Position numbers and translations under genes: made by a program
In this document: positions 10,089 through 20,842 of the stretch, in pieces
How the letters are laid out: each line of letters opens with the position of its first letter
Position numbering within the stretch: position 1 is the first letter of the stretch
Notes under the pieces: model-generated
What the model was told of the DNA's origin: nothing
What the model saw: the letters and a program-made list of their open reading frames with translations, nothing else
The model's database searches: none
Assembly (NCBI GenBank): GCA_965223005.1
Contig: CBDCVK010000010.1
Coordinates: 960,001 to 1,024,000, forward strand
Length of the DNA stretch: 64,000 nt
From: Terriglobia bacterium
GTDB taxonomy: Bacteria; Acidobacteriota; Terriglobia; JAJPHL01; JAPKYU01
Reading direction: 5' to 3'

Positions 10089-11489
10089 TCAACGCACCCC
10101 GTACTCCTTTAGCTTCCGGTACAAGGTGGTTTTGCCGATGCCGAGCATCCGTGCGGCCAACAGCTTGTCCCCCCTCGCCTCGGTAACGGCCCGCAGGATG
10201 GTCTGCCGTTCCAGTTCGCTCAACTGAAGCACCGGCTCGCCGCCCGCAGGCACCGGCGGCGCGGCCCGCCGCGGATTCTGCAAGTTGGTGGGCAGGTCGG
10301 CGACGTGCAACACAGGGCCGGAGCCCAGGGCCACGGCCCGTTCGATGCAGTTCTCAAGCTCCCGGACGTTGCCGGGCCAGTCGTAGGCCAGCAAGCAGTT
10401 CAATGCCTCTTCCGACAGCGCCGGGCGGCGCCGTTGGCTGCCAGAAAATCTGTCCAAAAACTGATGCGCCAGCAGCGGGATGTCCGACTTGCGCTCGTGC
10501 AGCGGCGGTAGCCGCAGCATGACCACATTCAGACGAAAGTACAGGTCCTTACGAAAGACGCCCTCTTGAATAGCCGATTCCAGATCGCGGTTGCTGGCGG
10601 CGATGATGCGGGCATCGAACTTCACTGCGCGCGTGCTGCCCACTGGCTTGACTTCTCGTTCCTGCAGGGCCCGCAGAAGCCTGGACTGCAGGTCCACCGG
10701 CATTTCGGCGATCTCGTCCAGAAAGACAGTGCCTCCCTGGGCTGCTTCCAGCAATCCCTGCTTGGTGCGCAAGGCTCCGGTGAAGGCTCCGCGCACGTAG
10801 CCGAACAGCTCACTTTCGATCAGCGTGGGCACGAGGGCGCTGCAATCCACCGGCAAGAAGGGCTTTTCGCGCAGCGGCCCGCTCTGATGAATGGCTCTCG
10901 CCACCAGCTCCTTGCCTGTGCCACTCTCGCCCACAATCAGCACTGGATAGTGGCTCTGGCTGACCTTGACGATCATCTTGAACAGCTTCTGCATCGAGGG
11001 AGCCGTGCCCAACAACTCGCCGTAGCCGTTGCGGAAGCGCACCTGTTCCCGCAGCAGCCGGTTCTCACTGATCAGGTCCGCCTTGTGCACAATCCGCTCC
11101 AGCAACAGCTTGACTTCCTCAATATTGAAGGGCTTGGTGAGATAGTCGCAGGCGCCCAGCTTCATGGCCTGTACGGCGGAGGGAACACTGCCGTAGGCGG
11201 TCATGATTAGCACCTCAGTTTGCTGTGAGCGGCTCTTGACCTTCTCCAGCAGCTCCATCCCGTTCATGCCGGGCATCTTCAGGTCGGCCATGAGCACGTC
11301 CACGTGCTCACGCTCCAGCACTTCCAGTGCTTTCTCGCCGTTGGTTGCCACCGAAACGCGGTAGCCTAGAGCATCGGCAATTTCGCTGCATAGTTCGCGA
11401 ACCACTTCCTGGTCATCTACGATCAGGACGTGAACCGGAAGCTCCGAACTCTCCTTGGGTACGTCCACAACGGCAACTGAGGTACTCAC
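10089..11489 (-). CDS. Sigma54-dependent response regulator (NtrC/ZraR family)
   Basis: Receiver (LIVDD, ADLKMPGM), GESGTGKE, ESELFG-GAFTGA, WPGNVRELEN, Fis-type HTH (LGIGKTTLYRKL). Confidence 0.97.
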   Translation of the reverse strand: MSTSVAVVDVPKESSELPVHVLIVDDQEVVRELCSEIADALGYRVSVATNGEKALEVLEREHVDVLMADLKMPGMNGMELLEKVKSRSQQTEVLIMTAYGSVPSAVQAMKLGACDYLTKPFNIEEVKLLLERIVHKADLISENRLLREQVRFRNGYGELLGTAPSMQKLFKMIVKVSQSHYPVLIVGESGTGKELVARAIHQSGPLREKPFLPVDCSALVPTLIESELFGYVRGAFTGALRTKQGLLEAAQGGTVFLDEIAEMPVDLQSRLLRALQEREVKPVGSTRAVKFDARIIAASNRDLESAIQEGVFRKDLYFRLNVVMLRLPPLHERKSDIPLLAHQFLDRFSGSQRRRPALSEEALNCLLAYDWPGNVRELENCIERAVALGSGPVLHVADLPTNLQNPRRAAPPVPAGGEPVLQLSELERQTILRAVTEARGDKLLAARMLGIGKTTLYRKLKEYGVR

Positions 11490-11526
11490 GCCTCCCCCTA
11501 GCTATATAAACATTTTCCCCAGGCAA

Positions 11527-11542
11527 AGCAAGCCGCTTGCCG
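11527..11542 (-). promoter_or_regulatory. Putative sigma54 -24/-12 promoter of the NtrC-family gene
   Basis: CGGCAAGCGGCTTGCT contains GG-N10-GC with TTGCT; AGGGGGAGG RBS downstream. Confidence 0.55.
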
Positions 11543-11606
11543 CTTTTGGATTGGCTGAAAAAAAAGCAGTTAGCTACTATAGCCAGCGGGACAGGGGCCG
11601 GCAGTA

Positions 11607-11639
11607 TCCCATTTCGGGAAAGAAAGTCCCAATTTGACC
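11607..11639. promoter_or_regulatory. Paired putative enhancer (UAS) boxes
   Basis: TCCCatttcGGGA (11607) and weaker TCCCaatttGACC (11627), 20 bp apart. Confidence 0.5.
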
Positions 11640-11681
11640 TTCCATCCCACGCCTAGCCGTTGGTGCAGGCTGGGGAGGTGC

Positions 11682-12446
11682 TTATTCGGGGACTCGCAGG
11701 GGTTGGTCAGACGCCAGGAAGTCACGAATGAAAGCGTGCTCACTATGGTGTATCTGCTCCATCGGACCGAAAAAAGCCACCTGGCCTTCGTGCAGAAACA
11801 CCACCCGGTCGGCCAGCTTGCGGGCCAGTTGGGTATCGTGGGTCACCACCACCGAGGTTAGCCGGAGTTGACCCTTCAGGCGCTGGATGAGGTCGGCGAT
11901 ATGGATGGACATCAGAGGATCCACCATCGTGGTAGGTTCGTCGTAAAGGATGGCTTCAGGCTTGGCGGCCAGGGCGCGGGCGATGGCCACCGCGCGCTTC
12001 ATTCCGGTGCTGAGCTCCGCAGGCATGCGCTCGCGCAGTTCGCCGATGTTCACTAGGTCCAACATGCCCTCCACGATCGTCTCAATGTCCTGCTCGGTCA
12101 GTTCGGCGCGCTCGCGCAGCGGGAAGGCCACATTCTCAGCCACGCTCAGCGAGTCGAACAGGGCCCCGGATTGGAACACCAGCGTCACCCGCTTGTGGAT
12201 CTCCAGCAGTTCCGGCTCGGTGGCCTCCGTGATGTCCTGGTGGGCCACAAACACCCGGCCCGCGTCCGGCCTCAGGAAACCCATGATGTGCGACAGGGCA
12301 ACGGATTTGCCGACGCCGCTGCGGCCCAAGATCACCAGGGTCTCGCCCGGATCGACCTGAAAGCTGACCTGCTCCAGCACGGGCTGGGTGTCGAAGGTTT
12401 TCGAGACCTGGCGGAACTCGATGTAGTGGGGTGTGCTTTCCTGCAT
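11682..12446 (-). CDS. ABC transporter ATP-binding protein, MlaF/Mkl family
   Basis: GRSGVGKS, FQSGALFDSLSVAENVAFPL, LSTGMKRAV, LYDEPT, VVVTHD. Confidence 0.9.
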   Translation of the reverse strand: MQESTPHYIEFRQVSKTFDTQPVLEQVSFQVDPGETLVILGRSGVGKSVALSHIMGFLRPDAGRVFVAHQDITEATEPELLEIHKRVTLVFQSGALFDSLSVAENVAFPLRERAELTEQDIETIVEGMLDLVNIGELRERMPAELSTGMKRAVAIARALAAKPEAILYDEPTTMVDPLMSIHIADLIQRLKGQLRLTSVVVTHDTQLARKLADRVVFLHEGQVAFFGPMEQIHHSEHAFIRDFLASDQPLRVPE

Positions 12447-12511
12447 CGATTTGCTGGCCTGGCCGCTCGCTCAACTCAGGTGGTGGTGACCCTGCTTGCT
12501 TGGCCATCCCC

Positions 12512-12549
12512 ATTCTTAATCACAATCCTCATTCTTGAACACAATCCTC
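12512..12549. repeat. 19-bp tandem duplication
   Basis: attcttaatcacaatcctc / attcttgaacacaatcctc. Confidence 0.75.
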
Positions 12550-12738
12550 GGCAATCCAAGGGGCAGGGTGGAACACAAGCTGCCTGGCTCCTACTCTTTG
12601 CGGACTGCAGCCGGCTGCAATTTTCTCAGGGGAAGTCGTCGAATCTCGCTGGAAAGGCACAGCGGCCTTTCATAAGTCATGTAAATTCAATCGGTTAGGA
12701 TTTAGCGTAGAATCCTAACGAAACCCTCACCGAACCTC

Positions 12739-12767
12739 TTGACAAGCGGATTCCACTTTTCTAGTAT
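12739..12767 (+). promoter_or_regulatory. Sigma70-type promoter of groESL
   Basis: TTGACA-N17-TAGTAT. Confidence 0.8.
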
Positions 12768-12794
12768 TAGCACTCTTGGCGCGCCGAGTGCCAA
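12767..12794. promoter_or_regulatory. CIRCE-like HrcA operator (10-bp spacer)
   Basis: TTAGCACTC-ttggcgcgcc-GAGTGCCAA immediately after the -10 box; consensus is TTAGCACTC-N9-GAGTGCTAA. Confidence 0.8.
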
Positions 12795-12907
12795 ACCGAC
12801 GTTCCACTTTACTCTGGTTTCCAGGGCCCTGGCCGGACCTGAGTGCGGCAGGGCTCACCGGCGTGAGAGCCAGCCAAACAAAACATGGGAGGAAAGGAGT
12901 TTCCGGT

Positions 12908-13225
12908 ATGAAGATTCGTCCGTTGCATGACCGCATTCTCATCAAGAGAGTTGCGGAGGAGGAAACGGTGCGCGGTGGCATCATCATTCCTGACTCGGCC
13001 AAGGAGAAGCCGCAGGAGGGAGAGGTGATCGCCGTCGGCAATGGCAAGATTCTGGAAAACGGCCAGCGCGTGGCGCTGGATGTGAAGGAAGGGGACCGAA
13101 TTCTGTTCGGCAAGTACGCGGGATCGGACATCAAGATCGAAGAACAGGAATACCTGATCCTGCGGGAAGACGAGGTTCTCGGCATACTGGCCGCCGCGGC
13201 AAAGCCGGCGGGCAAGCGGAAGTGA
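12908..13225 (+). CDS. groES: Co-chaperonin GroES
   Basis: [14 protein letters not shown]...[22 protein letters not shown]; start refined to ATG 12908. Confidence 0.98.
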   Translation: MKIRPLHDRILIKRVAEEETVRGGIIIPDSAKEKPQEGEVIAVGNGKILENGQRVALDVKEGDRILFGKYAGSDIKIEEQEYLILREDEVLGILAAAAKPAGKRK

Positions 13226-13238
13226 AAATTTCATCTGA

Positions 13239-14882
<1,644 letters not shown>

Positions 14883-14908
14883 ACAGGACCTAGCCTCAAA
14901 TTCCTCAC

Positions 14909-14936
14909 GGGCCGCCTTCGGGCGGCCCTTTTTTTT
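14909..14936 (+). terminator. Rho-independent terminator of groESL
   Basis: GGGCCGCC-TTCG-GGCGGCCC followed by a run of T. Confidence 0.9.
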
Positions 14937-14994
14937 CTGGCGCGACGGAGACTTCGGAAGCTGATCGCCGTGCGGGGAGCAGTTACTTTAGCGG

Positions 14995-15984
14995 TTACTT
15001 GTTGAGGAGGGTTTCCAAGAAGTGGCGGAGGAAGCGGTCGGCGTCCACCTCGACGGCGACCTGGATGCCGTGCTGCGCCAGCTCTTCCGGGCTATCGCGC
15101 CCGGGGACGGTGGCGCCGGCGGTAAATTCGCCCTGCGTTTCTAACTCGAGCACCATGCTCTTGAGCTGGACCAGGGAACGGTCGGCCACGACGGCGACCG
15201 CTAGTGGATCGTGCAGCACGGGCATCTGCTGCCGGTCGCCTTTCTGCCAGGCGCGGAGAAGCGCGCTGAGCAGCTTCAGCACGGGGGTGTCGCGGTTGGC
15301 CAGCGCCTCCACCTGCTCGGGCTTCATGCGGCATTTCATGGTGACGTTCAGGCCGACCATAGTGATAGGCAGGCCCGATTCGAACACCACCCGGGCCGCC
15401 TCCGGGTCCATGCGCAGGTTGTACTCGGGCTGTGGCCGGTCGAGCGTGCCCCCCATCACTACAATCTGCTTCACCGACTCTTTCAGCCGGGGCTCACGCA
15501 TCAGGGCCAGGGCAATGTTGGTCAGTTGACCGTAGGCGACCAGGGTCAGCTTTCCCGGCTGTGCCAGCACCTGCCGCGCGATCCAATCGGGGGCAAATTC
15601 GGCCGCAACGGCGCCCCGCGGCGCCGGCCAGGACTGAAGCGCCTGCATTTGCGGCCTCCTGTCGGCCCCCTCCATCGGTTGGTTTCCTTTCAGCAGCCGG
15701 TTTCGCGCTCCGCGCAGCACCGGCACGTCTTGGCGGCCCAGCAGTTCCAGGAGCTTCAGCGCTATCGGTGCGCGATGGGAGCCGCCCATGACGGTGGTAA
15801 CGCCCTGTACTTCGATCAGGGGGTGTTTGACGGCGTAGACCAGGGCCAGCGCGTCATCGATGCCGCCGCCGATATCGGTATCAAGTATGACGGGAATCTT
15901 TTCCTGCGATTTTTCTTGCCCTGCCGCTGATGTGGAAAGGGCCGCGGAGAAGGCCAGGGTAGCCACCGCCACCAGCAATGCCAT
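14995..15984 (-). CDS. Nucleoside hydrolase (IU-NH family) with signal-peptide-like N-terminus
   Basis: DTDIGGGIDDA, GQLTNIA, MGG...EYN..DPEAA, LHDPLAV; start approximate. Confidence 0.9.
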   Translation of the reverse strand: MALLVAVATLAFSAALSTSAAGQEKSQEKIPVILDTDIGGGIDDALALVYAVKHPLIEVQGVTTVMGGSHRAPIALKLLELLGRQDVPVLRGARNRLLKGNQPMEGADRRPQMQALQSWPAPRGAVAAEFAPDWIARQVLAQPGKLTLVAYGQLTNIALALMREPRLKESVKQIVVMGGTLDRPQPEYNLRMDPEAARVVFESGLPITMVGLNVTMKCRMKPEQVEALANRDTPVLKLLSALLRAWQKGDRQQMPVLHDPLAVAVVADRSLVQLKSMVLELETQGEFTAGATVPGRDSPEELAQHGIQVAVEVDADRFLRHFLETLLNK

Positions 15985-16120
15985 TGGACCGCTCACGGTT
16001 TTCCCCGTCGCTTCCTTTCCACCTTCAGGTGGGTTAGCATATCGCACTTGCTCGTCAAGGGCTTGTCCGTCAAGGGAAAGAAAGAATGAGAAGCCTGAAC
16101 GGGAAAAGGATCCCGACACA

Positions 16121-16945
16121 ATGAAACTGGCCAGCTACAGGTGGAAAGACGAAACGCACTGCGGAGTTTTCTCCGACGGGCGGCTGTACCGTCTGGGGAG
16201 CCGAATCGCCGAATTCCTCCGGGGCGCGCAGCCCCCGCAGCTTCCTGACCTCGGCTCGCTGCCGTCGGCGGCGCTGGAGGAGGTGCAGCTGCTGGCGCCG
16301 GTGCCAGATCCGGAGAAGATTATCTGCATCGGCCTGAACTACCGCGAGCACGCCCGCGAGGCGGGATTGGAAGCTCCCAAGTATCCGATGTTCTTCGCTA
16401 AGTACCGCAATGCGCTGGCCGGTCCCTATGATCCGATCGTGCTGCCGCGCGTCACCAACAAGGTGGACTATGAGGCGGAGCTGGCGGTGGTGATGGGCAA
16501 GACCGGCAAGCACATCCCCGAGGAGCGTGCATTGGAGTATGTGGCCGGCTACATGGCTTTAAACGACGTCAGCGCCCGCGACTTTCAGCGCCGCACGTCC
16601 CAGTTTCTCCAGGGCAAGACCTTCGACACCTTTGCACCCTGCGGGCCGTTCCTGGTGACGGCTGACGAAGTGCTTGACCCACACGCTCTGGCAGTGCGCC
16701 TGCGCCTGAATGGCCAACTGATGCAGGATTCCAGCACGCGCGACTTCATCTTCACGATCCCGCAGTTGATCGCCTACCTCTCTGACATCTTCACCTTTGC
16801 GCCGGGCGACATCATTTCTACCGGTACCCCGCAAGGGGTGGGCTATGTGCGCAAGCCACCGGTGTATCTGAAATCGGGGGATATGGTGGAGGTGGAAGTC
16901 GAGCAAGCGGGCACCTTGCGCAACCCGGTGGTCGCCGAAGCCTGA
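16121..16945 (+). CDS. Fumarylacetoacetate hydrolase family protein
   Basis: KIICIGLNYREH, DYEAELAVV, NDVSARD, GKTFDTF, STGTPQGVG; start refined to 16121. Confidence 0.95.
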   Translation: MKLASYRWKDETHCGVFSDGRLYRLGSRIAEFLRGAQPPQLPDLGSLPSAALEEVQLLAPVPDPEKIICIGLNYREHAREAGLEAPKYPMFFAKYRNALAGPYDPIVLPRVTNKVDYEAELAVVMGKTGKHIPEERALEYVAGYMALNDVSARDFQRRTSQFLQGKTFDTFAPCGPFLVTADEVLDPHALAVRLRLNGQLMQDSSTRDFIFTIPQLIAYLSDIFTFAPGDIISTGTPQGVGYVRKPPVYLKSGDMVEVEVEQAGTLRNPVVAEA

Positions 16946-16983
16946 GGAGCCGGACAGATTCCGCATCTAAGGAAAGAAACGAG

Positions 16984-17439
16984 ATGCTGCTGACCTTCAG
17001 TCTTTGCCTCCTGCTGGGCGGGGCTGCCGGGCTGGGCGGCGGGTTACAGCCGATGTCCGGCATACAGCCGCTGAGCCTGAAGGCTCAGCCCGCACCGGGC
17101 GGGCGCTCCCGCTTTTTCCAATCGGGCTTCTTCTGGTTCGGGTCCGGCTCGTGGCGGAGCCGACGACCCCAGCTCACGCCCGGCGTGTCCCCTCCCCTTC
17201 CGCTGCCGCCGGCGCACCTGCCGCTAGCGAATCTGCCGCCCAGACAGCTGCCACCGGAAACCCTGCTGGCGTTCAGAAATGGAAGCATTCTCGCGGTCCG
17301 CAGCTACCGCATCGAAGGGCGTTCCATCCACTACACGACGAACTATGGCGCGCAAAACCAGGCCGCGCTGGATGCCCTGGACCTGGAGCCTTCGCGCCGG
17401 CTGAATGAAGACCGCCAGGTGCCCTTCGACGTGCCTTGA
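16984..17439 (+). CDS. Hypothetical exported Pro-rich protein
   Basis: Signal-like N-terminus, Pro-rich linker, C-terminal TLLAFRNG...LDL...LN..R.V.F domain. Confidence 0.65.
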   Translation: MLLTFSLCLLLGGAAGLGGGLQPMSGIQPLSLKAQPAPGGRSRFFQSGFFWFGSGSWRSRRPQLTPGVSPPLPLPPAHLPLANLPPRQLPPETLLAFRNGSILAVRSYRIEGRSIHYTTNYGAQNQAALDALDLEPSRRLNEDRQVPFDVP

Positions 17440-17479
17440 GCACTTTGGAAAGCCAGCTCTGCCGTCAGCACAACGCACA

Positions 17480-17506
17480 GAGCCGCGATTTTCAGGGAGT
17501 GGTCGC
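17480..17506 (+). repeat. Degenerate REP-like element
   Basis: gagccgcgattttcagggagtggt, similar to the copy at 1055; between convergent genes. Confidence 0.5.
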
Positions 17507-17530
17507 TGCGTGAGCGTTTCAGGCGCTTAC

Positions 17531-17812
17531 TTAAGGCTCGCAGCGCACGCTGGTGGGAGGCGTCTGGGAGCAGCGGATGCTGTCTGTCATCCCGGAGGCC
17601 AGGAACGCGCAGGCGTTGTCAGTAGCGGTCCGCTGCGCCTCTTCGCGTGTGGCCCCGGCCGCGCTGCGGCACTTGGTCTGCCTGTCGAACTCGATGCAAA
17701 CCTCGCAGGTGTACTGGCTCAAACCCATGCTGGCGTAGAGGATTAGCAGCAGGACGGCAACGCCAAAAGCGGCCGCCGCCACCTTCGCCCGGGTTCGCGC
17801 GTTCCCCGCCAT
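17531..17812 (-). CDS. Small membrane-anchored protein with six cysteines
   Basis: One TM helix, then CEVC...C...C...C...C; TAAGGT box 6 nt before ATG. Confidence 0.8.
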   Translation of the reverse strand: MAGNARTRAKVAAAAFGVAVLLLILYASMGLSQYTCEVCIEFDRQTKCRSAAGATREEAQRTATDNACAFLASGMTDSIRCSQTPPTSVRCEP

Positions 17813-17823
17813 TGTTTCACCTT

Positions 17824-17870
17824 AGCAGAAGAACAGGCCAACGGGAGCAGAAGAACAGGCCAACGGGAGC
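17824..17870. repeat. Perfect 22-bp tandem duplication
   Basis: agcagaagaacaggccaacggg x2 plus agc. Confidence 0.95.
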
Positions 17871-17944
17871 TGATGCCCGCTCGCGCTGGCCGAAACCGCC
17901 GCGGAGCAAGGGGCACGACCCTAGCGATGAGCGGAGGCGAGTGC

Positions 17945-18508
17945 TCAGACCGGTGATTCCATGTCGCTGAGGCGGTAAAGGCTGAGGGTACTGGAGCCTT
18001 GCTCGAGGACGCGAAAGCAGGCCAGGCCGGCGTAGCACGGCTCGAGCGACCAGCGACGGGCGTGCTCGGCAATCACCACGGCACCGGGACGAAGCAACGG
18101 GCTGCGGCCCAGGTACCTCAAGACACGATGGTACTCCGGCAGGGCCGCATAGGGGGGATCGAGGAATACGAAGTCAGCCGGATGCGTGGCGCCCTTGAGC
18201 GCCCGCAACACGTCCCGCTCCATTACGGCTGAGCGTTGCTTTAGTCCCAAGGCAGCAATATTGAGGCGCAGCACGCGTGCCGCCTCCCGGCGGCCCTCCA
18301 GGAACACGGCAAAGGCCGCTCCGCGGCTCAGTGCTTCCAGGCCGACCGCCCCGCTGCCGGCAAAGCAGTCGTACCAGACCGAGCCCACGACGTTGGTCCC
18401 GAGCACATTAAAAAGAGTCCCGCGGAGCTTGTCGCTGGTGGGCCGGGTTGCCTGCCCGGCAATGGTTTTCAGCCGACGGCTGCGAAATTCTCCGGCAATA
18501 ATCCGCAT
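17945..18508 (-). CDS. rsmD: 16S rRNA m2G966 methyltransferase RsmD
   Basis: MRIIAG..R.R.L, TRPTSDK, FAGSGAVGLEALSRGA, FLDPPY. Confidence 0.95.
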   Translation of the reverse strand: MRIIAGEFRSRRLKTIAGQATRPTSDKLRGTLFNVLGTNVVGSVWYDCFAGSGAVGLEALSRGAAFAVFLEGRREAARVLRLNIAALGLKQRSAVMERDVLRALKGATHPADFVFLDPPYAALPEYHRVLRYLGRSPLLRPGAVVIAEHARRWSLEPCYAGLACFRVLEQGSSTLSLYRLSDMESPV

Positions 18509-18556
18509 GGGCGGACTCTAAGGTCTCCCCCAATACCTCGGGTCTTCAGTTTCCGG

Positions 18557-18592
18557 CCCCGATTGCTCAGCCCACCCCGATTGCTCAGCCCA
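18557..18592. repeat. Perfect 18-bp tandem duplication spanning the recG stop codon
   Basis: ccccgattgctcagccca x2. Confidence 0.95.
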
Positions 18593-20699
18593 CTTGGATG
18601 AGGCCATAGCGGCGCCACCAGTGCTCTCGGACGTAGTTTACCAGGGCCACAGCTTGCTCGCGCGAGGGTGGTTGCTCGATGAATTGCACAGCGTGGCGGC
18701 GAGCCAGTTCCAGGATTTCGCGGTCGCGCAGCAGATCGGCAACACGGAAGGCCGGCAGGCCCGACTGGCGTGTGCCGACAAACTCGCCCGGACCGCGGAG
18801 CGCCAAATCGGTCTCGGCAATCTCAAAGCCATCCTGCGTGCGTACCAGCACCCCGATGCGCTCCCGGGCCTCCTCGGTCAGCGGTCCGGAGCTCAGCAGG
18901 ATGCAGTAGGACTTTTCCCGGCCGCGGCCCACTCGCCCGCGCAACTGATGCAGTTGCGCCAGACCGAAGCGCTCGGCGTGCTCGATCACCATTACGGTGG
19001 CGTTGGGCACGTCCACGCCGACCTCCACCACGGTGGTGCAGACCAGCACCTGGATTCGGCCGGCCTTGAAGCCGGTCATCGCGCGTTCCTTCTCCTCGGC
19101 CGAGAGGCGACCGTGCAGCAGGCCCAGCCGCAACTCCGGGAAGACTTGGCGGGACAAGCGGTCGTACATTTCCAGCGCGCTCTTGAGGTCGGTTTTCTCC
19201 GACTCCTCCACTAGTGGGTAGACGATGTAAGCCTGACGCCCGGCGGCTGCCTCCTTTCGGACGAACTCGTAGACCTCGGCGGCGCGGCTGTCCCGAGCGT
19301 GCCGGGTCACGATCGCCCGCCGCCCTGGCGGCAGCTCGTCAATCACGGAAACGTCCAGTTCGCCGTAGAGCGTCAGAGCCAGAGTGCGCGGAATCGGGGT
19401 GGCGGTCATCACCAGCGTGTCGGGCCAGGACCCTTTCTGCATCAGGCGCAGCCGCTGCAACACTCCGAAGCGGTGCTGCTCGTCCACAATCACCAGGCCC
19501 AGAGCCGCAAACTCCACGTCCTGCTCCAGCAGGGCGTGGGTTCCGACGACGATGTGGATCAGCTTCTCGCGGATCAGGTGCTTCAGTTTGGCCTTTTCTC
19601 CCGGAGTGGCGGCGCTGGTCAGCAGCGCCACCTGGTAGCCGGCAGCGCGCAGCAGGCTGCGGAAGTAGAGGTAGTGCTGGGCTGCCAGGATTTCGGTGGG
19701 CGCCATCACCGCTACCTGGTAGCCGTTTTCGATGGCGACCACGGCGGCTTGCAGCCCCACGATGGTCTTGCCGCTGCCGACATCCCCCTGCAGCATCCGG
19801 TTCATCGGCTGGGGCGCAGCCATGTCGGCTGCGATCTCCTTTAACACGCGCTTCTGTGCCGCGGTCGGGTGGAAGGGCAGCACTGCCTTGATCTTTTCGC
19901 GGACGGTGTCGTTCAACTGGAACTGTACGCCGGACGCCTGGCGCGCCTTCCGCCGCTTGAGCGCCATGCCGGTTTCCAGGAAGAAAAATTCCTCGAAGAT
20001 CAGGCGGAACTGCCAGGGGGAGCGGAAGCGCGCCAGCGCCACCAGGTCGGCATCAGGGTCGGGGAAGTGCGCCTTGGCCAGTGCCTCCCAGCGGCGGGGA
20101 AGGCCCAGCGGCTCGCGTACCGCCGCCGGCAGCGGATCCTCCACCGTGCCCAGCTGGTCCATCACAGTGTAGATCAGGCGACGAAAGAAGCGGGAATTCA
20201 ACCGTCCGCTGCCAGCGGTTTCGTAGATGGGGACGATGCGTCCTACCTCCAGAGAGGGACCGGCCGGCTCGCCCTCGCCGTCGCCGGCCACCACCTCGTA
20301 CTGCGGGTGCATCATCTGGAGTTGGCGGCCGTGGCGGTCTGCCTCTACGCGACCGTGCACGGCCAGCACCTGGCCGGCCGTGATAATTTTCTTCAAATAG
20401 TCGGAGTTGAACCAGCGGCAGCGGAGGCGGTGGGACCCTTCTGCCAGCACCGCTTCAAAAATGCTCTGGCGGCGGCGTCGGGGCTCATAGGCGCGCGCCC
20501 CGCGCACCGCAGCCACCACAGTTGCCGTTTCGCCCGGTTGGACCTGATGGAGGGCCCGCGGATGGGTGCGATCTTCGTACCGCCGTGGAATGTAATACAG
20601 CAAGTCCTCGACGGTGACAATTCTCTTGGTTTCCAGGATGCGGGCCCGCTCCGGCCCCACCCCTTTGATGTATTTCAACTCGGTGGCCAGCGTCAGCAT
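18585..20699 (-). CDS. recG: ATP-dependent DNA helicase RecG
   Basis: QGDVGSGKT, DEQHRFG, MTATPIPRTL, LHQLRGRVGRG, RGPGE; start refined to ATG 20699. Confidence 0.98.
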   Translation of the reverse strand: MLTLATELKYIKGVGPERARILETKRIVTVEDLLYYIPRRYEDRTHPRALHQVQPGETATVVAAVRGARAYEPRRRRQSIFEAVLAEGSHRLRCRWFNSDYLKKIITAGQVLAVHGRVEADRHGRQLQMMHPQYEVVAGDGEGEPAGPSLEVGRIVPIYETAGSGRLNSRFFRRLIYTVMDQLGTVEDPLPAAVREPLGLPRRWEALAKAHFPDPDADLVALARFRSPWQFRLIFEEFFFLETGMALKRRKARQASGVQFQLNDTVREKIKAVLPFHPTAAQKRVLKEIAADMAAPQPMNRMLQGDVGSGKTIVGLQAAVVAIENGYQVAVMAPTEILAAQHYLYFRSLLRAAGYQVALLTSAATPGEKAKLKHLIREKLIHIVVGTHALLEQDVEFAALGLVIVDEQHRFGVLQRLRLMQKGSWPDTLVMTATPIPRTLALTLYGELDVSVIDELPPGRRAIVTRHARDSRAAEVYEFVRKEAAAGRQAYIVYPLVEESEKTDLKSALEMYDRLSRQVFPELRLGLLHGRLSAEEKERAMTGFKAGRIQVLVCTTVVEVGVDVPNATVMVIEHAERFGLAQLHQLRGRVGRGREKSYCILLSSGPLTEEARERIGVLVRTQDGFEIAETDLALRGPGEFVGTRQSGLPAFRVADLLRDREILELARRHAVQFIEQPPSREQAVALVNYVREHWWRRYGLIQVG

Positions 20700-20842
20700 G
20701 AGCTGTCCGGCGCAATGCAACCGTCCACGGCCGCCATCGAGAAACAACAGCCGGTTCCTATAGTACACTTTGTTGGGAATTGAACCGGGACCGAATCCAT
20801 GGCTTATCCGACAGTTCCTACCCTCGCTGAACGCGTGCTCCG

